A stretch of DNA of 64,000 bases from an uncultured Actinomycetota bacterium (GCA_963842355.1 CAWJGC010000006.1:54072-118071), one strand, 5' to 3'; numbered from the stretch's first letter, positions 40,341-49,901 are shown. Notes: generated from the sequence alone by a model not told the origin. Numbers and translations are program-made.

Positions 40341-42389
40341 TCAGCCGGGGCGGACGGTGAAGATATGGGCCGGGGTTACGGCGGGGTCGAGCCGCACGTA
40401 GTTGGCCTGACCCCACCGGTAGGACACGCCGGAGAGTTCGTCGGTGACGGCGAACTCCTGGTCGGCGTTCATGCCCAGCGCGGCTTGGTCGACCCAGACG
40501 GTCGCCTCCCGCGGCTGGTGCGGATCGATATTTACCACGACGAGAACCGTGTCGCGCGCTGCCCCGCCCTTCCCGCCCACCCCGTCGCCGGAGTGGGTGC
40601 TCTTCGAGAAGCAGAGTATCTCTGGCTGGTCACTATGATGAAAACGCAAGTTCCGGAGCCTGTGCAAGGCTGGATGTGCCTTCCTGAGCAGGTTGAGGCG
40701 CGTGATGAATCCGGAGATGTCTTCCTCCGGCGGGGGGATGCTCGCGGCGTGCTCCCAGTCCCGCGGCCGGTACTGGTACTTCTCCGAGTCCAGGTACTCC
40801 TCGCTGCCCGGTAGCAGCGGGACGTTCTCGCACAGCTCGTAGCCCGCATACATGCCCCAGGCCGGGGACAGCATCGTGGCGAGCACGGCCCGGACCCGGA
40901 ACGCCGGCGGCCCGCCGTGCTGCAGGTACTCGTGCAGGATGTCCGGGGTGTTGACGAAGAAGTTCGGCCGCATGTAGGCGGCCGCCGGGCCGGACAGCTC
41001 GCGCAGGTACTCGGTCAGCTCCCAGGCGGAATTGCGCCAGGTGAAATACGTGTAGGACTGGTGGAAGCCGATGACGGCGAGGGTGTGCATCATCGCGGGC
41101 CTGGTGAAGGCCTCGGCCAGGAACAGAACGTCCGGGTCGGTGCGCGCGATCTCCGCCAGCAGCCGGTCCCAGAACAACAGAGGCTTGGTGTGCGGGTTGT
41201 CCACCCGGAAGATCCTGACCCCGTGGTCCATCCAGTGCCGGATGATCCGCATTACCTCGGCGTAGATGCCCTCGGGGTCGTCGTCGAAGTTGACCGGGTA
41301 GATGTCCTGGTATTTCTTCGGCGGGTTCTCGGCGTACGCGATGGTGCCGTCGGCGCGGTGGTTAAACCATTCGGGATGCTCGGTGACCCACGGGTGGTCC
41401 GGCGAGGCCTGGATGGCGAGATCGAGCGCGACCTCCATCCCCAGCCGCGTGGCCCGGTCGACGAACGCATCCCAGTCGTCCAGCGTGCCGAGGTCGGGAT
41501 GGATGGCGTCGTGTCCCCCGTCCGGCGATCCGATGGCCCACGGCGACCCGGGATCCCCGGGCCCTGCGTTCAGGGAATTGTTTGGCCCTTTCCTGGCGGT
41601 CAGCCCGACCGGATGGACCGGCGGGATGTAGACAACGTCGAAGCCCATCCGCGCGACCGCGTCCAGCCTGAGTGAGGCGGTCCGCAGCGTTCCCGACTTC
41701 GGGACCTGGCCCGGGCCTTCGTCGACCCTGGCTCCCTCGGACCGGGGGAAGAACTCGTACCAGGAGCCGTAGAGCGCCCGCTCCCGGTGCACGATCACCG
41801 GGCGGCGGCCGGACCGGGTGAGCATGAGCCGCAGCGGGAACGCGCCGAGGATCGCGGTGATCTCGGCGCGGCCGGCCGCGGCGAGGCGGTCCAGGGCCGG
41901 GATGTCCGAGTCCCGCAACATCTCGGCCAGCGCCACGAGCGCCGCCCGCGCGGCCGCGGCCTCCTGCCGCTGCACGATCGGAGCCGAGCGCGGGGAACGG
42001 ACCCGGGCCGCGGCCCGCCGGAACAGCAGCGCGCCTTCGGCCAGCGTCAGCTCGACGTCCTGGCCGAGCGGCACCTTGATGGCCGCGTCATGCCGCCAGC
42101 GGGCAATAGGGTCACCCCACGCCTCGACCTGGAAGTGCCACAGGCCTTCCGACGTGACCGTGATCTCGCCGCCATAACGGTCGGTCCCCGGGGCCAGCTC
42201 GCGCATCGGCACGAGCGGGTGGCGGCGGCCGCCGGGGTCGCGCAGCATCACGCCCGCCCCGAACATGTGATGTCCCTCACGGAAAATGGTGGCGCTGACT
42301 TCGAACGACTCGCCCGCGACCGCCTTGGCGGGACGCTGCCCGCCGGCCACGACGGGCTCCACGTTCACGATGGGAATCCGGCCGATCAT
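40341..42389 (-). CDS. glgE: alpha-1,4-glucan:maltose-1-phosphate maltosyltransferase
   Basis: N-terminal GRIPIVNVEPVVAGGQRPAKAV, typical of GlgE. 682 aa. GH13_3 core. Confidence 0.9.
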   Translation of the reverse strand: MIGRIPIVNVEPVVAGGQRPAKAVAGESFEVSATIFREGHHMFGAGVMLRDPGGRRHPLVPMRELAPGTDRYGGEITVTSEGLWHFQVEAWGDPIARWRHDAAIKVPLGQDVELTLAEGALLFRRAAARVRSPRSAPIVQRQEAAAARAALVALAEMLRDSDIPALDRLAAAGRAEITAILGAFPLRLMLTRSGRRPVIVHRERALYGSWYEFFPRSEGARVDEGPGQVPKSGTLRTASLRLDAVARMGFDVVYIPPVHPVGLTARKGPNNSLNAGPGDPGSPWAIGSPDGGHDAIHPDLGTLDDWDAFVDRATRLGMEVALDLAIQASPDHPWVTEHPEWFNHRADGTIAYAENPPKKYQDIYPVNFDDDPEGIYAEVMRIIRHWMDHGVRIFRVDNPHTKPLLFWDRLLAEIARTDPDVLFLAEAFTRPAMMHTLAVIGFHQSYTYFTWRNSAWELTEYLRELSGPAAAYMRPNFFVNTPDILHEYLQHGGPPAFRVRAVLATMLSPAWGMYAGYELCENVPLLPGSEEYLDSEKYQYRPRDWEHAASIPPPEEDISGFITRLNLLRKAHPALHRLRNLRFHHSDQPEILCFSKSTHSGDGVGGKGGAARDTVLVVVNIDPHQPREATVWVDQAALGMNADQEFAVTDELSGVSYRWGQANYVRLDPAVTPAHIFTVRPG

Positions 42390-42503
42390 CTACGACAAGC
42401 TACCCGCAGCGACCCGGCCCGAACCGGCCGGTGGTCGTCCTGCAGGCCGGGACGGGCGAGTCGGTGTCCGGTCCGCTCGGAACACGCATTAGGGTCGCTC
42501 TCC

Positions 42504-45128
42504 GTGAGAGCTATCCGCCGGTTCACCATCCGACCGGTCCTGCCCGAGCCGCTCGCGTCGCTGCGCGGGCTGATGCTGAATCTGCGCTGGTCGTGGCATC
42601 CCGAGACGCTCGACCTGTTCGCGGCGATCGATCCGGCCGGCTGGGAGCGGTCCGAGCACGAGCCCGCCGCGCTGCTGGCCGAGGTTTCGCCCGAGCGCCT
42701 GGCCGGCCTCGCCGCCGACCGGCGCTTCCTGCGGCGGCTCGGCGACGCGGTCGAGGATCTGCGCGAGTACAGCTCCGGCCCGCGCTGGTACCAGGCGGCA
42801 CAGGCCACGCCGGACCTGGCCGGAGCGCCGGCGGCCGTGGCGTACTTCTCGCCCGAGTTCGGCATCACCGCCGCGCTGCCGCAGTACTCGGGCGGCCTGG
42901 GCATCCTCGCCGGTGATCACCTGAAGGCCGCCAGCGACCTCGGTGTGCCGCTGATCGGCGTCGGCCTGCTCTACCGGCACGGCTACTTCACCCAGTCCCT
43001 GTCCGCCGAGGGATGGCAGGCCGAACGCTATCCGGCGAGCGACCCGAACGGCCTGCCACTGACCTTGCTACGGGACGACGCGGCGGGCTCGGCGGGCGCG
43101 CCGGTCCGGGTCACGGTGGCCATGGCCGGCGGCGCGGTCATGGCCGCGCAGGTGTGGATCGCGCAGATCGGCCGGGTCCCGCTGTTGCTGCTCGACTCCT
43201 ACGTGGAGGAGAACGACCCCGTGCTCCAGGAAGTCACCGACCGGCTCTACGGCGGCGGCAGCGAGCACCGGCTCCGTCAGGAACTGCTGCTGGGCATCGG
43301 CGGAGTGCGGGCGGTCCGGGCCTTCTGCGCGATCACGTCACACCCCGAGCCCCAGGTGTTCCACACCAACGAGGGCCACGCGGGCTTCCTCGGCCTCGAG
43401 CGCATCCGCGAGTACATCGGCCACGGCCTGACGTTCGACGAGGCGCTGACGATGTGCCGGGCGGGCACGGTGTTCACCACGCACACCCCGGTGCCCGCGG
43501 GGATCGACCGCTTCAGCCATGACCTGGTGACCCGCCAGTTCAGCGAGGCTGCGGACCCGGGGCTGCCGACCGAGCGGGTCCTGGCGCTCGGCGCCGAGAC
43601 CTTCCCCGGCGGCGATCACGAGGTGTTCAACATGGCGGTCATGGGGATGCGGCTGGCGCAGCGGGTCAACGGCGTCAGCACCCTGCACGGCCAGGTGAGC
43701 AGGCAGATGTTCACCGGCCTGTGGCCGGGTTTCGACACCGCGGAGGTACCGATCGGGGCGGTTACCAACGGCGTGCACGGGCCCACCTGGGTCGCCGCCG
43801 AGATCACGGGCCTGGCGCAGGGCGGGCCGCCGTCGGACCTGGCCGAGGACGGGCCGGCCTGGGAGGAGGCCGCGGCGGACCCCGCGGGGATCTTCCGGGT
43901 CCGTCGGCTGCTGCGCGCCCGGCTGGTGGCGGAGACCCGGCGCCGGCTGCGCGCCTCCTGGAGGCAGCGCGGCGCCTCCGACGCGGAGCTGACCTGGATC
44001 GAGGACGTGCTCGACGAGAACGTGCTGACGATCGGCTTCGCCCGGCGCGTTCCGTCCTACAAGCGGCTGACGTTGATGATGCACGATCCCGCCCGGCTCA
44101 CCGCGCTGCTGCTCGACCCGGAGCGGCCGGTGCAGATCGTGATCGCCGGGAAGGCGCACCCGGCCGACGACGGCGGCAAGCTGATGATCCAGCAGATGGT
44201 GCGCTTCGCGGACGACCCGCAGGTCCGGCACCGCATCGTCTTCCTGCCCGACTACGACATGGCGCTCGGCCGGATGATGGTGCAGGGATGCGATGTCTGG
44301 CTGAACAACCCGCTGCGGCCGCTGGAGGCGTGCGGCACTTCGGGAATGAAGGCCGCGCTGAACGGGGCGCTCAACCTGTCGATCCTGGACGGCTGGTGGG
44401 ACGAGTGGTTCGACGGCGGCAACGGCTGGGCCATTCCGTCAGCCGACCGGGTCGAAGATCCCGAGCGCCGGGACGAGCTTGAGGCGTCCGCGCTGTACGA
44501 CCTGCTCGGCCAGTCGGTGGCGCCGCTGTTCTACGACCGCGGCCCCGACGGCCTGCCGCGCCGCTGGCTGGAGATGGTGGCGCGCACGCTGCGTGCGCTC
44601 GGGCCGCGGGCGCAGGCGACCCGGATGGTCCGGGAGTACGTGACCGAGCTGTACCTGCCGGCCGCACGGGCTTCGCAGGCGCTCGCCACCGGTGATCCTG
44701 AGTTCGCCGGCGCGCGCCAGCTCACCGCGTGGAAGGACCGGGTGGCCAAGGCCTGGCCGGGGGTCGCGATCGAGCACGTCGAGGCGGACGAGAACGCGCA
44801 GAGTCCGGGTGCGCGCCTGGTGGTGCGGGCGAGCGTCGCGCTCGGCGAGCTGTCACCCGATGACGTGACCGTGCAGGTGGCCTTCGGTGCCGCCGGGGAC
44901 GATGACATGATCGTCGACCCGGCGTTCGCCGATCTCGCGCTGGATCCGGAGGCGGCGGGCGGCCCGGTCGCGCGGTACGCGGGCGAGGCCGAGCTCGGCC
45001 GTCCGGGACCCTTCGGGTACACGGTCCGGGTATTGCCCCGGCATCCATTGCTGGCCGCCACCGCGGAAATGGGCCTGGTAACGGTGCCCGTCGCGCCCGC
45101 CGGCATGGTCAACGGCGATCTGCGCTAA
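42504..45128 (+). CDS. glgP: alpha-glucan (glycogen) phosphorylase
   Basis: AYFSPEFGI and the PLP-Lys region EACGTSGMKAALNGALN. The start is set at GTG 42504 (VRAIRRFTIRPVLPEPL). The upstream part of the 1113-aa ORF is antisense to glgE. Confidence 0.9.
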   Translation: MRAIRRFTIRPVLPEPLASLRGLMLNLRWSWHPETLDLFAAIDPAGWERSEHEPAALLAEVSPERLAGLAADRRFLRRLGDAVEDLREYSSGPRWYQAAQATPDLAGAPAAVAYFSPEFGITAALPQYSGGLGILAGDHLKAASDLGVPLIGVGLLYRHGYFTQSLSAEGWQAERYPASDPNGLPLTLLRDDAAGSAGAPVRVTVAMAGGAVMAAQVWIAQIGRVPLLLLDSYVEENDPVLQEVTDRLYGGGSEHRLRQELLLGIGGVRAVRAFCAITSHPEPQVFHTNEGHAGFLGLERIREYIGHGLTFDEALTMCRAGTVFTTHTPVPAGIDRFSHDLVTRQFSEAADPGLPTERVLALGAETFPGGDHEVFNMAVMGMRLAQRVNGVSTLHGQVSRQMFTGLWPGFDTAEVPIGAVTNGVHGPTWVAAEITGLAQGGPPSDLAEDGPAWEEAAADPAGIFRVRRLLRARLVAETRRRLRASWRQRGASDAELTWIEDVLDENVLTIGFARRVPSYKRLTLMMHDPARLTALLLDPERPVQIVIAGKAHPADDGGKLMIQQMVRFADDPQVRHRIVFLPDYDMALGRMMVQGCDVWLNNPLRPLEACGTSGMKAALNGALNLSILDGWWDEWFDGGNGWAIPSADRVEDPERRDELEASALYDLLGQSVAPLFYDRGPDGLPRRWLEMVARTLRALGPRAQATRMVREYVTELYLPAARASQALATGDPEFAGARQLTAWKDRVAKAWPGVAIEHVEADENAQSPGARLVVRASVALGELSPDDVTVQVAFGAAGDDDMIVDPAFADLALDPEAAGGPVARYAGEAELGRPGPFGYTVRVLPRHPLLAATAEMGLVTVPVAPAGMVNGDLR

Positions 45129-45395
45129 CTGTCCGGGTTCAGGTCGGCGCTGCGCTAGTATGGCGACGTAGCGTGTCTATTCAGTTACGTATTGCCAGCG
45201 TCGGTCGGCTCCTAGCGTCCCGCTAAGAAGGACAACCCGTGCGACCCAGGGCGACGAAGGTCGAGCCAGGGCGACCCAGGGCGCCAGGGCAGGGGCCCGG
45301 AAATTTCTCCCCGTGCCAGGCAGAACGCCAGCAAAACCCTGAGGCATGTGACATCCTGTGATAGAACGCTGGCGGATAGTGATGTTCAAGGATCG

Positions 45396-45408
45396 TTACG
45401 TTCCGTCA
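45396..45408. promoter_or_regulatory. candidate BldD box upstream of bldC
   Basis: TTAC-gttcc-GTCA fits the Streptomyces BldD consensus TNAC-N5-GTNA, ~40 nt upstream of the bldC start codon. It is a short motif, so a chance match is plausible. Confidence 0.25.
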
Positions 45409-45446
45409 CTAGGCAACTACCCCCGATCGCGAGAGGACCATCCGTC

Positions 45447-45665
45447 GTGAGAACCCAGATCAAGCCGGAGAATCGCCTCCTGACCCCGGCCGAGGTTGCC
45501 GCGATGCTTCGGGTAGACCCGAAGACCGTCACCCGGTGGGCGAGGGGCGGCAAGCTGTCGTCGATCCGTACCCCCGGCGGCCACCGCCGTTACAGCGAGA
45601 GCGAAGTCCGAGGATTCCTGAACGGGTGGCAGCACGTATCCATGCCGCGAGCGTCCGGCGAGTAA
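45447..45665 (+). CDS. bldC: developmental regulator BldC (small MerR-like DNA-binding protein)
   Basis: LLTPAEVAAMLRVDPKTVTRWARGGKLSSIRTPGGHRRYSESEVRGFL is near-identical in pattern to Streptomyces BldC as I recall it. GTG 45447 follows a GAGAGGA SD. Confidence 0.8.
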   Translation: MRTQIKPENRLLTPAEVAAMLRVDPKTVTRWARGGKLSSIRTPGGHRRYSESEVRGFLNGWQHVSMPRASGE

Positions 45666-45868
45666 ACCGTCCGCGCCTGCCCCAGCCGGCCTGGGGCAGG
45701 CGTCGGCGGGCTGCGCACGCCTGCGCGCCACACCGTGACCCGACGACTGATCAGCAGGGCTCCTCCCAGAAGAGATGCGGGTCGCTGGACCCTTCGCATC
45801 CCGGACACTAGGGTGGCTCCGGGGTCCGTGGCAGCATGCCCGGGCACCTGTCGAGGGGGGGAAATCAG

Positions 45869-46279
45869 ATGGGAGTCATGCTCGCCCTGGACCGGCACCA
45901 GCCGGCCCGGGGCCGCCGCCGCCCGGGCCAGCACGCACGCCATCCCGGCGATCGGGAGCGTGCTCAGGCGCTCGCGACGGTGCGCCGCGGCGATGCGCCC
46001 GCCGGCGGCCGGCTCTTCGGCCGCCTGGCCCGGACCGTGCTGCCCCGGAAGGGCGCGCCGGTCGCGGTGGCGGGCACGGCCGGGCCGGGCCGGGGATTAG
46101 CGTCATCGGAACCGGCGGCCAGGCCGGGCCGGTCCCGGTACCCCGGCCTGTCGGTCGCCTGCCTGCTCGGAGACTGCCGCGACGGGGCGACCCGCCCGCC
46201 CTGTGACGCCGACGGCTGCGAGCACGACTGCCACCGCCGTGGCCTCGGGTCCGGCGCGGGCACGTCGCCCGCGGCCTGA
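45869..46279 (+). CDS. hypothetical protein, Cys/His-rich C-terminus
   Basis: ~89% G/C at third codon positions by manual count. GGGGGGA lies before ATG 45869. C-terminal CLLGDCRDGATRPPCDADGCEHDCH. No family recognised. Confidence 0.3.
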   Translation: MGVMLALDRHQPARGRRRPGQHARHPGDRERAQALATVRRGDAPAGGRLFGRLARTVLPRKGAPVAVAGTAGPGRGLASSEPAARPGRSRYPGLSVACLLGDCRDGATRPPCDADGCEHDCHRRGLGSGAGTSPAA

Positions 46280-46429
46280 CGTCGCCCGCGGCCTGACAGC
46301 ACTCGTGACTCACGGCGCCCGCGGCCGACCGCCTCCCGCGCGCCGCATAGGATCGTGGCTCGGCAACCAGGTGCAGGAGGCTGAGGGATGGCCGCGGATA
46401 GCCGGATAGCCGGAAACGGGGAGGCCGGG

Positions 46430-47245
46430 ATGACCGGGGCTCGCCAGGCGAGCGGGGCGAGCGGGATGGCTGAGTTCGTACGGGTCGTGACGGACCAGGC
46501 CGTGGCGACCATCCGCCTCGACCGCCCCCCGATGAACGCGCTGAACGCTCAGGTCCAGGACGAGATCGCCGCCGCCGCGGCGCAGGTGGCCGCCGACGAG
46601 AGCATCCGGGCGGCCGTCATCTACGGCGGTGACAAGCTCTTCGCGGCCGGGGCCGACATCAACGAGATGGCGAAGGCCAGCTACGGCCAGATCAGCCGGG
46701 ACATCGGGCGGCTGCAGAGCGCGTTCGACGCGGTAGCGAAGATCGGTAAACCGGTGGTGGCCGCGATCACCGGCTACGCGCTCGGCGGCGGCCTGGAACT
46801 CGCCCTCTGCGCGGACTTCAGGGTGGCGGGCGAGAGCGCGCGGGTCGGCCAGCCCGAGATCCTGCTCGGCATCATCCCCGGGGGCGGCGGCACGCAGCGG
46901 CTGCCGCGCCTGATCGGCCCGGCCCGGGCCAAGGACATCGTTTTCACCGGCCGGCAGGTCCGCGCCGAGGAGGCGCTCGCGATCGGCCTCGTCGATCAGG
47001 TCGTTCCCGACGCCGAGGTTTACGAGGCCGCCCGGGCGCTCGTGGCGCGCTACGCCCGCGGGCCGGCGCTCGCGCTGCGGGCCGCCAAACTGGCCATCGA
47101 CGATGGCCTCGACGTTGACCTGGCCACCGGGCTGGGGATCGAGCGGCTCAGCTTCGCCGGGCTGTTCGCCACCGAGGACCAGCGGACAGGAATGCGCAGT
47201 TTCATCGAGAATGGACCCGGGAAGGCGACCTTCGCCGGCCGGTGA
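46430..47245 (+). CDS. enoyl-CoA hydratase/isomerase (crotonase) family protein
   Basis: KLFAAGADINEM and ITGYALGGGLELALCAD oxyanion-hole motifs. ATG 46430 is preceded by GGGGAGG. Alternative starts at 46388 and 46466. Confidence 0.85.
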   Translation: MTGARQASGASGMAEFVRVVTDQAVATIRLDRPPMNALNAQVQDEIAAAAAQVAADESIRAAVIYGGDKLFAAGADINEMAKASYGQISRDIGRLQSAFDAVAKIGKPVVAAITGYALGGGLELALCADFRVAGESARVGQPEILLGIIPGGGGTQRLPRLIGPARAKDIVFTGRQVRAEEALAIGLVDQVVPDAEVYEAARALVARYARGPALALRAAKLAIDDGLDVDLATGLGIERLSFAGLFATEDQRTGMRSFIENGPGKATFAGR

Positions 47246-47293
47246 GCGCCGCGCCGGGGATGGCGCAGGGGTTCCGAGGAGCAGCCAGGTAAT

Positions 47294-47779
47294 GTGCCGA
47301 GTGACTCTCAGCGACGGGCAGGCCGGACCATGACCGAACTCGGTGGCGGGCCTGGCGACGCGGGCGGCCGGGACGAGCCGGCCGACCCGTCTCTCGACAT
47401 GGTCACCGCCGCGCTCCGCGCGGACAGCGCCGACGTCGCCATTTACGCGCGCGTGCTCACCGAGTCGCTGGGCGAGGCGCTCCCGCCGGGCTGCGTCACC
47501 GTGGACCGGGAGCGGCGGAGCATGTCGGACCGGATGCAGGGCCGTCCCGGCCAGGTGAGGAAGGTCACGGTCCGGCTGGGCGAGCAGGTGATGACGCTCG
47601 GCGTCCAGCGCGGCCTGCCGGTCGCTGAGGTCTGCCGTGAGGTCCGCGGGGTGGTGCTGTCGCGCCAGCAGGTGCAGCCGGGCGTATGGGCCGAGGAACT
47701 GGCCCGGGCGCTGGTCGCGCACGCCGAGCAGAACGCCGAGGCGGCCAAGGCGCTGCGCCGGCTCGTCACCGGAACTTAG
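47294..47779 (+). CDS. hypothetical protein
   Basis: 161-aa ORF with high GC3. No recognisable domain. The start may be 47330. Confidence 0.45.
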   Translation: MPSDSQRRAGRTMTELGGGPGDAGGRDEPADPSLDMVTAALRADSADVAIYARVLTESLGEALPPGCVTVDRERRSMSDRMQGRPGQVRKVTVRLGEQVMTLGVQRGLPVAEVCREVRGVVLSRQQVQPGVWAEELARALVAHAEQNAEAAKALRRLVTGT

Positions 47780-47972
47780 CCGCGGGTACGCGGCGGGGGC
47801 CGCTTGGCCGCTGAACACGAGGGGGGTCATGGATCACGCCGACCAGGCCGGGCGTCCGCGCCCGGCCGTGACGGGGACGCGGCGCCACGACCGCCTTCCC
47901 CCTGGGGCCATGACCACCTTCCGCGATGGCCATCCGGTGCGACAGGATGGAGTTTCGTAGTCTGGTGAGGTC

Positions 47973-49307
47973 ATGACAGTGCAGCATCCAACGGGGGACA
48001 ATCTCGGGCCCTACCGCCTGCTTGAGCGGCTTGGCGAGGGCGGGATGGGTGTTGTCTACCTGGCCGCCGACCCCGACCACCGCAAGGTGGCCGTCAAGGC
48101 ACTGCGGCCCGCGGTGGCCGCCGACCCGAACGCCCGGCGGCGGCTGGCCCGCGAGGTGGAGACGATGCGGCGGGTGCGCAGCCCCTACGTCGCCGAGGTC
48201 ATCGACGCGGACGTGAGCTGCGATCCGCCCTACATCGTGACCAGGTACGTCTCCGGCCGGACGCTCGAGGAGGTCGTGGGCGACGGCGGCCCGCTGACCG
48301 GCCAGGCCCTGGCCCGCGTGGCCTCCGGGCTGGCCCTCGCGATGGCCGCCGTGCACGCGGCGGGCGTGGTGCACCGCGATCTCAAGCCGGGCAACGTGAT
48401 GCTCGCCCGCGGCGAACCGGTCGTGATCGATTTCGGGATCGCGCAGGTGCCGGACTCCACCAGGCTTACCCAGACCGGGATGTTCATGGGCACGCCCGGC
48501 TACCTCGCGCCCGAGGTGATCGAGGGCAAGCAGAGCGGCCCGGCGGCCGACGTGCACTCGTGGGGCGCCACCGTGGCGTTCGCGGCCACCGGGCGCCCGC
48601 CGTTCGGCACCGGCGGGTTCGAGACGATCTTCTACCGGATCATCAACGGACAGCCCGACCTCAGCGGCTTCCCGGTGCCGCTGCTCTCGCTCGTCGCCGA
48701 CGCGCTGGCCCGGGACCCCGCCCGCAGGCCCACCGCGGCGCAACTGTGCGAGCGCGCCGCCGCGCTCGACACATCCGCCCTGGTGCCGACCGTGACCGCG
48801 GCGGCCGCCGGCGTGCGGCCGTTCGCCGCTCCGGGGACCGTCGCGGACATCGCGCCGGGCGCCCGGCCCGGCGCCGGCGCGGGACCCGTGCCTGCGGTCG
48901 GTCCGGTGGCCCCGGTGGCCTGGGCGCCGTCCACGCAGCCGCTGGTGGCCGGCGGCTGGGGCGCCGGGAACGGCTCCGGGCCGGCGGCCCGGCCGCCGAC
49001 TACCGTGCCGCCCAATACGGTGCCGCCCAATACGGTGCCGCCCAATACGGTGCCGCCCAATACGGTGCCGCAAACTACGGTGCCGCAAACTACGGTGCCG
49101 CCAGCTACGGTGCCGCGGGCACGGCCAACGGCGCGGGCCGGTATGCGGGCGGCGGCGCCGCAGGGACCGGGCAGGACTTCCGCGACGTGCTGCCTCCGGT
49201 GCAGTACGCGCCGGGCGGCGCCGCGCCGCCGCGATCGGCCCGGGCCGGGAGCGGGGCGGCCGCGGGGCGGTCTCCCGCCGGGCCGCTGCTCGTCTTCGCC
49301 TCGATAG
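47973..49307 (+). CDS. Ser/Thr protein kinase (reading frame probably disrupted near 48990)
   Basis: LGEGGMGVVYLA, HRDLKPGNVML, DFGIA and GTPGYLAPE. After ~49120 this frame becomes Arg/Cys-rich nonsense, while the -1 frame carries the plausible continuation. Confidence 0.8.
   Translation: MTVQHPTGDNLGPYRLLERLGEGGMGVVYLAADPDHRKVAVKALRPAVAADPNARRRLAREVETMRRVRSPYVAEVIDADVSCDPPYIVTRYVSGRTLEEVVGDGGPLTGQALARVASGLALAMAAVHAAGVVHRDLKPGNVMLARGEPVVIDFGIAQVPDSTRLTQTGMFMGTPGYLAPEVIEGKQSGPAADVHSWGATVAFAATGRPPFGTGGFETIFYRIINGQPDLSGFPVPLLSLVADALARDPARRPTAAQLCERAAALDTSALVPTVTAAAAGVRPFAAPGTVADIAPGARPGAGAGPVPAVGPVAPVAWAPSTQPLVAGGWGAGNGSGPAARPPTTVPPNTVPPNTVPPNTVPPNTVPQTTVPQTTVPPATVPRARPTARAGMRAAAPQGPGRTSATCCLRCSTRRAAPRRRDRPGPGAGRPRGGLPPGRCSSSPR
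49001..49120 (+). repeat. 15-bp minisatellite, 8 units with ordered variants
   Basis: TAC(C/G)GTGCCGCCCAA x4, TACGGTGCCGCAAAC x2, then ...GCCAGC and ...GCGGGC. Reads [Q/N/S]YGAA in the -1 frame and TVPPN in the kinase frame. Confidence 0.9.
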
Positions 49308-49891
49308 CCGCGGCGGTCGGCGTCAGCATCGTCTTCCCGCTCGCCGGGACGGTGGCCGCACTCGCCGGGCTGATGGCGCTGCGGGCGGGCGACCGGACCG
49401 CGGGACGCATGTCGCGCCGCCGGTCACGCAAGGGCGCGCGGGCCAGCGATCCGCTGCTGGCCGCGTTCGTCTTCCCGCTGGCGCTGGCCTGGGCCGCGGT
49501 CCGGTCCGTGCTGCTCGCGCCGCTGGCGCTGGCCGCCGCCGCGGTGGTCGCCGTCATCACCATCGTCGCGGTGCCGCAGCACGTGATCCCGCTGGCGTTC
49601 GCCTACGGGGCCGGCGCACTGGTCGCGTTCTACGGCCTCGGGCCGGGCTCCGGCGGCTCGCGCAGGCCGCTGCGGCGGTTCTACGACACCGCCGCGGGCA
49701 CTCCCGTCACCGCGGCGGTGGCCCTCATCGCGGTGGGCGCGGTGGTCGTCGCGACGGCGGTGGCGGCGGCCTCACATACCCCGTTCTTCTGGCCGTTCGG
49801 CCACACGGGCGCGTGGCTGTCGCACTTCCAGGGCCTGAGGAACCTGGTGCAGAGCATCAGGACCCAGGCGCTCAGGCTGGTCGGGAAGTAG
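49187..49891 (+). CDS. multi-TM membrane domain, most likely the displaced C-terminus of the upstream kinase
   Basis: Several hydrophobic helices (LLVFASIAAAVGVSIVFPLAG, AFVFPLALAWAAV, LALAAAAVVAVITIVAV...). Coding-like codon usage in this frame extends back to ~48990, with no start codon before GTG 49187. Confidence 0.5.
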   Translation: MLPPVQYAPGGAAPPRSARAGSGAAAGRSPAGPLLVFASIAAAVGVSIVFPLAGTVAALAGLMALRAGDRTAGRMSRRRSRKGARASDPLLAAFVFPLALAWAAVRSVLLAPLALAAAAVVAVITIVAVPQHVIPLAFAYGAGALVAFYGLGPGSGGSRRPLRRFYDTAAGTPVTAAVALIAVGAVVVATAVAAASHTPFFWPFGHTGAWLSHFQGLRNLVQSIRTQALRLVGK

Positions 49892-49901
49892 GCCAGGCTG
49901 C

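Noticed and set aside
41787-42503. N-terminal extension of glgP (1113-aa ORF)
   Set aside because: The extension is antisense to glgE and has nonsense composition. Conserved phosphorylase sequence starts at GTG 42504.
48560-49891. 443-aa ORF as an independent gene from its first start
   Set aside because: Its first ~145 residues are Arg-rich out-of-frame translation of the kinase catalytic domain. Only the part after ~48990 looks coding.
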